A stretch of DNA of 64,000 nucleotides, taken from assembly GCA_046540025.1 (NCBI GenBank), contig JBKHFW010000010.1, forward strand, positions 2,845 through 66,844. The letters run 5' to 3'. The translations under genes were made by a program, and so were the position numbers. The notes under the pieces are model-generated. The model was given only the letters and a program-made list of their open reading frames with translations, was not told where the DNA came from and did not search any database. This document shows, piece by piece, positions 58,121 to 64,000 of the stretch (its first letter is position 1; each line of letters opens with the position of its first letter). The DNA is from Phycisphaeraceae bacterium (lineage in GTDB: Bacteria > Planctomycetota > Phycisphaerae > Phycisphaerales > Phycisphaeraceae).

Positions 58121-58564
58121 ATGCTGACGTTTTACGGTTCCGGCGGTGCGGCACCTGCCGAAAGGCCCAGAAGTGGCTCGACGAGCCGGGCATCGACGAC
58201 GATCGGGGCGGTGAGCTGGCTGACCATGGCGCGGGCGATCGGCGTCGGTCCGGGGCGGACGCTGCGGGTTCGCCTCTTACCGAACCTCGCCGGGCCGATT
58301 ATCGTATATACCACCCTGACCGGGCCGGCCGCGATCCTGCAGGAGTCGTTTCTCAGCTTTCTGGGCATCGGCGTGCAGGCCCCGCTGCCGAGCTGGGGCA
58401 ATCTCGCCGCCGACGGGCTCGACCAGCTTGACGCCGTGACGGCGGTTCGGCCGAGCCAGTGGGGGCTGGTGGTTTTTCCCTGTTTGCTTTGGGGAATGAC
58501 CCTGATGGCCCTAAACTTCCTCGGCGACGCGTTGCGCCGCCGACTCGATCCGCGAGGCGGGTAG
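58121..58564 (+). pseudogene. chimeric remnant: ArsC/YffB-like 5' end (frameshifted) joined to the 3' third of an OppC/DppC-like permease gene
   Basis: MLTFYG is in the ORF frame, while CGTCRKAQKWLDEPGID is in the adjacent frame (58150-58200). From about 58225 the ORF frame encodes ARAIGVGPGRTLRVRLLPNLAGP...LNFLGDALRRRLDPR, a permease C-terminus. Confidence 0.6.
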
Positions 58565-58705
58565 CCTGGCGGACCACGACACGCCCCGGCAGCGGAGGGG
58601 CATCGGCTGCCGAATTCGCTTTGTGCATTCTGACGTTATCCTGCCCGCCCCGGCCGCTCCGTCGGCGAGGCAGGCAACCGAAACGAGACCAGCAGAGGCC
58701 CGTCC

Positions 58706-60553
58706 ATGGAAAACCGCTTTGGCGTCAAGGATCTGATCTTCACGCTCCTGCTGATCGCCTTCATCGTCACCGTCTGGCTGGCGATGTACCAGTTCGACCG
58801 CCAGTGGGAGACGCTGCGAAACATCGAGTCGAGCCTCGACGAGCAGCGGACCACGCTGATGACGCTGTCCGAGCGGCTTCGCAGCGGGGCGGTCGCCCCG
58901 GCCGGCAACCCGGGCGAGGTGGACGACAGCGCCTACAACCCCGAGGACGACCCGTTTTACCGCATCCGCGAAGCCCGTAAGCAGTCGGATTTCGCCTTCG
59001 GGGGCTGGTACATCGACAACTTCAAGTCCACCCTGGGCAAGCTCACGCCGCTGGTTTCGACCGATGCGGCCCAGACCGTCGTCGAGGAATATGTGCTCGA
59101 GTCGCTGATCAAGCGGGATCCGGAAACCTTCGAGTGGCGGCCGTGGATCGCCGAGCGCTGGGAGGTCGCCGAGGACGGCCTCACCATTACCTACGACCTG
59201 CGCGAGAACGTGGTGTTCTCCGATGGTGAGCCGCTGACCAGCGAGGACGTGGTCTTCACTTATGACCAGATCATGAATCCGGAGATCAACGCGCCGGCGT
59301 TGCGCGTCTACCTGGAGAACGTCGAGTCGGTGGAGGCCGATGGACCGCACCGGGTGATCTTCCACCTCAAGCGGCCGTACTTCCTGTCGCTGGGCGTCAC
59401 CGGCGGGATGGCCATCCTGCCCCGGCACTACTATGAGCGGTTCACGCCCGAGGAGTTCAACACCGAGCCGGGCCTGCTCGTCGGGTCGGGGCCCTATATG
59501 CTCCCGGGCGACCCCGAAAACTGGCAGCCGGGCACGGGCAAGGTCGAAGTGGTGCGCAACGCCAACTACTGGGGCCCCCGGCCGAGCTTCGATCGCCTGG
59601 TCTGGCGGGAGATCACCGACGAAACCGCCGAGTTGGTCGCGTTCCGCAACGGCAAGATCGACCGCTACAGCGTGCCGCCGGAGAAGTACGAACGCCTCCG
59701 CGACGACGCCGACCTGCTCGCCCGGGCGGAGAAGTACGAGTACATGGCTCCGACCTTCGGCTACCGCTACATCGGCTGGAACCAGAGTCGCTCGGGTGAG
59801 CCGACGATGTTCGCCGACCGGCGAGTTCGCCGGGCGATGACCCTGCTGGTCGACCGGGAGGAGATGGCCGAGCAGCTCATGGCCGGCCTCGCGGTGGTCG
59901 CGGACGGGCCGTTTAATCCGCTGGGCGAGCAGGCCGCCCCGGAGATCGACCCGCTCCCCTACGACCCGGAGCGGGCGAAGGAACTGCTCGCCGAGGCAGG
60001 GTGGGTCGACCGCGACGGCGACGGCGTGCTGGAGAACCAGGCGGGCGGGGAGTTCCGCTTCGAACTGGTGTTCCCGGCCAACCTCGGCAACTATGAGCAG
60101 ATGGCGTTCTATCTCAAGGACGCCTACGCCCGGGCCGGGATCGTGATGAGCCTGGGCAAGACCGAGTGGAACACCATGAAGCAGCGTCTCGATGAGCGCA
60201 GCTTCGACGCGATCACGCTCGGCTGGACCGGCAGCATCGAAGGCGATCCCAAGCAGATCTTCCACTCCGACTCGATCGCCGGCGGCGGGAGCAACCACGT
60301 CTCCTACCGCAGCGAAGAGCTCGACCGCTTGATCGATGAGGCCCGGCAGACGCTGGACAAGGACGAGCGGATGGCCATGTGGCACGAGGCCCACCAGATC
60401 CTCCACGAGGACCAGCCGTACACCTTCCTGTTCTTCAGCAAGGCGGTCGTCTTCGTGGATCAGCGCATCCGCAACGTTGAGGTGACCCAGTCGGGCATGA
60501 ACGAGCGGACAGAGCTGTACGTGCCGGCCGAGTTGCAGCGGTGGAGCGACTAG
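58706..60553 (+). CDS. ABC transporter substrate-binding protein, family 5 (OppA/DppA-like), membrane-anchored
   Basis: An uncleaved-looking N-terminal TM segment is followed by a short coiled coil. SBP_bac_5-like blocks follow (FSDGEPLTSEDVVFTY, NYWG, ITLGWTGS). Confidence 0.85.
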   Translation: MENRFGVKDLIFTLLLIAFIVTVWLAMYQFDRQWETLRNIESSLDEQRTTLMTLSERLRSGAVAPAGNPGEVDDSAYNPEDDPFYRIREARKQSDFAFGGWYIDNFKSTLGKLTPLVSTDAAQTVVEEYVLESLIKRDPETFEWRPWIAERWEVAEDGLTITYDLRENVVFSDGEPLTSEDVVFTYDQIMNPEINAPALRVYLENVESVEADGPHRVIFHLKRPYFLSLGVTGGMAILPRHYYERFTPEEFNTEPGLLVGSGPYMLPGDPENWQPGTGKVEVVRNANYWGPRPSFDRLVWREITDETAELVAFRNGKIDRYSVPPEKYERLRDDADLLARAEKYEYMAPTFGYRYIGWNQSRSGEPTMFADRRVRRAMTLLVDREEMAEQLMAGLAVVADGPFNPLGEQAAPEIDPLPYDPERAKELLAEAGWVDRDGDGVLENQAGGEFRFELVFPANLGNYEQMAFYLKDAYARAGIVMSLGKTEWNTMKQRLDERSFDAITLGWTGSIEGDPKQIFHSDSIAGGGSNHVSYRSEELDRLIDEARQTLDKDERMAMWHEAHQILHEDQPYTFLFFSKAVVFVDQRIRNVEVTQSGMNERTELYVPAELQRWSD

Positions 60554-60611
60554 ACGACGCGCCCGTTTGATCCGCTGCCGAGTCCCCCGCAACCGACCCG
60601 ACGAAAGACGC

Positions 60612-62030
60612 ATGTTCAGTTACCTGCTTCGACGCCTCGTGCTGATGGTTCCCACGCTGCTGGGCGTGCTGGCGGTGGTGTTTTTCATCATGGCCTTTGC
60701 CCCGGGCGGCTTCGGCGGGGCGGCGCTGAGCCAGGAGGGCGCCCAGGCCGAGGGCATGGACGCCCGCCGCATCCGTAAGCAGTTCGAACGCCGCTACGGG
60801 CTTGATCAGCCGAAGGTTGTCCAGTTCGGCCGCTGGCTGAACCAGGTCTCGCCGCTGGGCTTCCGCATGTCCAGCGACGTCGCTTTCCAGGAGGAGGTCC
60901 GCGCCGCGGTGCGCCGCAGCCTCGCCGACCTGCCGATGAACACCCGCCCCGCCCGGCTGGAGCGGGCGACCGACCTGACCCTGGAGATGGCCGCCTACCT
61001 CGACACCCCGCCGCCCGAGGTGGCCCGGCGGCTCGAAAACGAGCTCCGCCACCCGCTCGAGGCGATCGAACTCTTCGCTTTCGCCGAGCTCGAACCGTCC
61101 GACCGGCTGAAAACGGAGCTCCGCGAGCGCATCGAGCGCCTGCTCGTCCGCGAGAACGGCCTCGCCCGGGCGCAGAACGCACTGCTGGAGGAACTCGACT
61201 TCGAGTTCTCCGGCGTCTCGCGGGTGCGCTTCGACCAGCCCGCCTTCAAGGTGCCCGACCTCGGCGAATCGCTCAAGGGCAGACGGGTCACCGACCTGCT
61301 CGCCGAGCGCGTGCCCATCACGGTGCTGCTGAACCTGCTGAGTCTGCCGCTGATCTACTCGATCGCCATGGTCACCGGCGTCTACGCCGCGCGGCACCGC
61401 GGGAGCTTCGTCGACTGGGGCAGCGGGTTCCTCTTCGTCGCCCTCTGGTCGCTGCCGGTGATCTGGGTCGGCGTCATGGCGATCAACTACCTCGCCAACG
61501 AGGAGTACCTGCGCCTCTTCCCGACGACGGGGCTGCACGCGCTGCAGGCCGATCAGATGCCGTTTTTCCCCCGCGTGACCGACGCCGGCTTCGAGCGCGG
61601 CTGGCTGCTCGACGCGCTGTGGCACCTCGTGCTGCCGGTGTTCTGCCTGACCTACGGCGGGCTGGCGGTGATGAGCAAGGTGATGCGCGGTTCAATCCTG
61701 GACAACCTCAGCTCCGACTACGTCCGCACCGCCCGCGCCAAGGGCGTCGACGAGCGCGTCGTGCTCTGGCGGCACGTGTTCCGCAACTCGGTGCTGCCGC
61801 TGATCACCATGGCGGCGGGCCTGCTGCCGGCGCTGTTCGTCGGTTCGGTCGTCGTGGAGACGATCTTCAGCATCAACGGCATGGGCCGGCTCGCCGTCGA
61901 AGCATCGTTCAGCAAGGACCGCGAGGTGGTCATGGCCACCACCTTGATCGCCGGCCTCTTGAGCCTCACCGCCCAGCTCGTTCGCGATATCTTCTACGCC
62001 CTGGCCGACCCGAGGGTGAGCTATGAGTAG
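60612..62030 (+). CDS. ABC transporter permease (OppB/DppB-like) with an insertion of about 140 aa after TM1
   Basis: It starts MFSYLLRRLVLMVPTLLGV and ends IFYALADPRVSYE. The EAA-like region is SDYVRTARAKGV. An extra helical segment lies between GLDQPKVVQFGRWL and PDLGESL. Confidence 0.85.
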   Translation: MFSYLLRRLVLMVPTLLGVLAVVFFIMAFAPGGFGGAALSQEGAQAEGMDARRIRKQFERRYGLDQPKVVQFGRWLNQVSPLGFRMSSDVAFQEEVRAAVRRSLADLPMNTRPARLERATDLTLEMAAYLDTPPPEVARRLENELRHPLEAIELFAFAELEPSDRLKTELRERIERLLVRENGLARAQNALLEELDFEFSGVSRVRFDQPAFKVPDLGESLKGRRVTDLLAERVPITVLLNLLSLPLIYSIAMVTGVYAARHRGSFVDWGSGFLFVALWSLPVIWVGVMAINYLANEEYLRLFPTTGLHALQADQMPFFPRVTDAGFERGWLLDALWHLVLPVFCLTYGGLAVMSKVMRGSILDNLSSDYVRTARAKGVDERVVLWRHVFRNSVLPLITMAAGLLPALFVGSVVVETIFSINGMGRLAVEASFSKDREVVMATTLIAGLLSLTAQLVRDIFYALADPRVSYE

Positions 62031-63468
62031 CAATCCATCCACGATGCCCGACGCCGGCCCGGCAACCGCGCCGCCCCAGGAGAACAAGCCTGGCGCCGCG
62101 ATGCGCCGGCGCAGCTTCCTCGCCCGCCTGGCGCTCGACGTGCTGGGGCGGTGGGGGGCGCGGATCGGCCTGGCGTGGATCGGGCTGCTGATCCTCTTCG
62201 CCGTGTTCGCCCCGTTCCTCGCCAGCTCGCACCCGCTGCTCTGGAGCTATCAGGGCGAGGTGTCGAGCCCGATGATCGAGCAGCTCGGCGTGGTGGACGT
62301 GATCCTGTTGATCGCCTTTTTCGCCGCCGCGGTGCTGGCGCCGGTCCGCCGGCTGGCCGGGGGCACCCGTCTCGCGGCGTGGGCGTGGCTGGTGGTGTGG
62401 TCGGCACCGTTCGTGGCCCACGAGCGGATCTGGGACTGGCTGAAATCGCCCGCGGCGGCGGTCGAGAACGTGCAGTCCGCAATGGGCTGGGGGCTCCTCG
62501 CCCTCGGGCTGCTCGCGGCCCTGGCGGTGGTGATCGCCATCCCCGCCCTGTTCCGCCGGCACAAGTGGCTCTGGGTCTCGATGGGCGTGGCGGCGGTCGT
62601 GTTGGGGGGGCTGCTGACCCGGTTCCCCGTGGGGCAGGACGAGACCATCGTCTACTCGAAGTACCGCGAGGCCCTCGCCGCGGACGAGGCGGAGTGGGCG
62701 GTACAGCCCCTGATTCCCTATTCGCCGGGCGACCGCCAGCGTGACGCCGTCCGCCTCGAGGGCCGGGACGCCCGGCTGCTCGCCCCGAGCACGCAGCACT
62801 GGATGGGCACGACCAGCACCGGCGCCGACGTCGCCAGCCGAATGATCCACGCCTCGCGTATCGCGCTCGCCATCGGCCTGATCGCGACGGGCATCTCGGT
62901 GGCGATCGGCATCCTCGTCGGCGGGATCATGGGCTACTTCGCCGGCTGGGTCGATCTGCTGGGCATGCGGCTGGTCGAGATTTTCGCGGCGATCCCGGTC
63001 ATTTTCCTGCTGATCATGATCGTCGCCTTCTACGGCCGCAGCCTCTACCTGATGATGGTCATCATCGGCCTCACCGGCTGGGTCGGCTACGCGCTGTACA
63101 TCCGGGCGGAGTTCCTCAAGCTGCGCAGCATGGACTATGTCGACGCGGCGCGGGCCCTGGGCCTGCCGCTGCACTCGATCCTCTTCAAGCATATGCTGCC
63201 CAACGGCGTGACCCCGGTGCTGGTGCTGATGAGCTTCGGCATCGCCAGCGCGATCCTCACCGAGTCCACCCTGAGCTTCCTCGGCCTGGGGCTGGTCGAG
63301 GAGCCGAGCTGGGGCCAGATGCTCAACGAGGCCCGCCAGGCCACCGGGCAGTGGGGGCTGATCGTCTTCCCCGGCCTGGCGATCTTCCTGACCGTCTTCG
63401 CTTACAACCTCGTCGGCGAGGCCCTGCGCGACGCGCTCGACCCCCGGGCCGTCTCCGCGGGCACCTGA
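62023..63468 (+). CDS. ABC transporter permease (OppC/DppC-like) with an extended N-terminal membrane region
   Basis: DYVDAARALGLP and the C-terminal NLVGEALRDALDPR are present. It overlaps the oppB-like stop by 8 nt. Confidence 0.85.
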   Translation: MSSNPSTMPDAGPATAPPQENKPGAAMRRRSFLARLALDVLGRWGARIGLAWIGLLILFAVFAPFLASSHPLLWSYQGEVSSPMIEQLGVVDVILLIAFFAAAVLAPVRRLAGGTRLAAWAWLVVWSAPFVAHERIWDWLKSPAAAVENVQSAMGWGLLALGLLAALAVVIAIPALFRRHKWLWVSMGVAAVVLGGLLTRFPVGQDETIVYSKYREALAADEAEWAVQPLIPYSPGDRQRDAVRLEGRDARLLAPSTQHWMGTTSTGADVASRMIHASRIALAIGLIATGISVAIGILVGGIMGYFAGWVDLLGMRLVEIFAAIPVIFLLIMIVAFYGRSLYLMMVIIGLTGWVGYALYIRAEFLKLRSMDYVDAARALGLPLHSILFKHMLPNGVTPVLVLMSFGIASAILTESTLSFLGLGLVEEPSWGQMLNEARQATGQWGLIVFPGLAIFLTVFAYNLVGEALRDALDPRAVSAGT

Positions 63469-63507
63469 TCCGCCGACCGACCGCCTCCCCGCCACGGAGA
63501 GCCGAGC

Positions 63508-64000
63508 ATGTCCGAATCCAACCCGATGCTCCAGATCGAAGACCTCACCGTCAGCTTCCCCGCCGGCGACAAGGGGGAGCGCCTCCGGGCCGCCGACGGG
63601 GTGCGCCTCTCGATCTATCCCCGCCAGACGCTCGCCGTCGTGGGCGAGTCGGGCTCGGGCAAGTCGGTCTCGGCGATGAGCGTCCTTCAGCTCATCCCTA
63701 CCCCGCCCGGGCGGTACGAGCGTGGGAAAATCCACTGGGACCGCGCCGCCTCGGGCGAGGCGATCGACCTGCTTCGCCTGAATGAGAAGCAGATGCGCCG
63801 CATCCGCGGCAATCAGATTGCCATGATCTTTCAGGAGCCGATGACCAGCCTGAACCCGGTCTACACCATCGGCGAGCAGATCCTCGAAGCGGTCCTGCTG
63901 CACCAGAAAGTGTCCCGGCAGGAGGCGGTGCAGATTGCCGAGCGGGCGCTGGCGGACGTCGGCATCGCCGACCCGGCCTCGCGGCTCCAGGAATACCCCC
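63508..64000 (+). CDS. ABC transporter ATP-binding protein (OppD/DppD-like), 3' end outside the window
   Basis: My own translation reads MSESNPMLQIEDLTVSF...VVGESGSGKS (Walker A)...IAMIFQEPMTSLNPV. GGAGAG lies 6 nt upstream. This ORF is not in the supplied track because it is open-ended. Confidence 0.85.
   Translation, partial: MSESNPMLQIEDLTVSFPAGDKGERLRAADGVRLSIYPRQTLAVVGESGSGKSVSAMSVLQLIPTPPGRYERGKIHWDRAASGEAIDLLRLNEKQMRRIRGNQIAMIFQEPMTSLNPVYTIGEQILEAVLLHQKVSRQEAVQIAERALADVGIADPASRLQEYP

Overview
This is 64 kb of a high-GC bacterial chromosome (roughly two-thirds G+C by eye), densely coding on both strands. I can support about 50 protein genes and 3 tRNAs (Glu-UUC, Val-UAC, Arg-UCG). I also see about ten hairpin+T-tract terminators, one IS630-family relic and several gene remnants.

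Gene content:
- Core metabolism: nuoA, thyA-folA, asd, glyA, polA, purL, alr, queC, gatB.
- Carbohydrate handling: a clan GH-A-like lipoprotein, GH130, a PfkB kinase, GH1, a TRAP transporter, two GH42-like paralogues and a secreted beta-helix protein.
- A PEP-CTERM-style exopolysaccharide block: priming sugar transferase, Wza-like exporter, chain-length determinant, BY-kinase.
- The three-gene NAGGN osmoprotectant set behind a MarR gene.
- Thiol-redox membrane proteins: a DCC-type fusion and a VKOR-DsbA fusion.
- An Opp/Dpp-type ABC transporter.

The PEP-CTERM tail, the VKOR-DsbA fusion, the many cytoplasmic GH-like proteins and the absence of SusCD fit a Planctomycetota/Verrucomicrobiota-like organism. 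I cannot verify taxonomy without a search. I saw no rRNA, CRISPR array, prophage or recognisable defence or toxin system.

I cannot claim a clearly novel multi-gene system. The observations most worth a second look are:
1. A repeated intergenic RNA-like element downstream of purL and queC, one copy hit by an IS630 relic, together with a CCTCTAA heptamer array abutting the next start codon.
2. At least four genes with a -10 hexamer placed 6-7 nt from the ATG, suggesting leaderless mRNAs.
3. Two unannotated small membrane or secreted ORFs translationally coupled to glyA and polA, each broken by a 1-nt frameshift inside a repeat.
4. A TRAP-linked glycan block with a GH42-like pair in which one copy has lost the putative acid/base Glu.
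5. A chimeric arsC-like/oppC-like gene remnant.

The supplied ORF track writes GTG and TTG starts as M, and many of its long ORFs are antisense artefacts of high GC.
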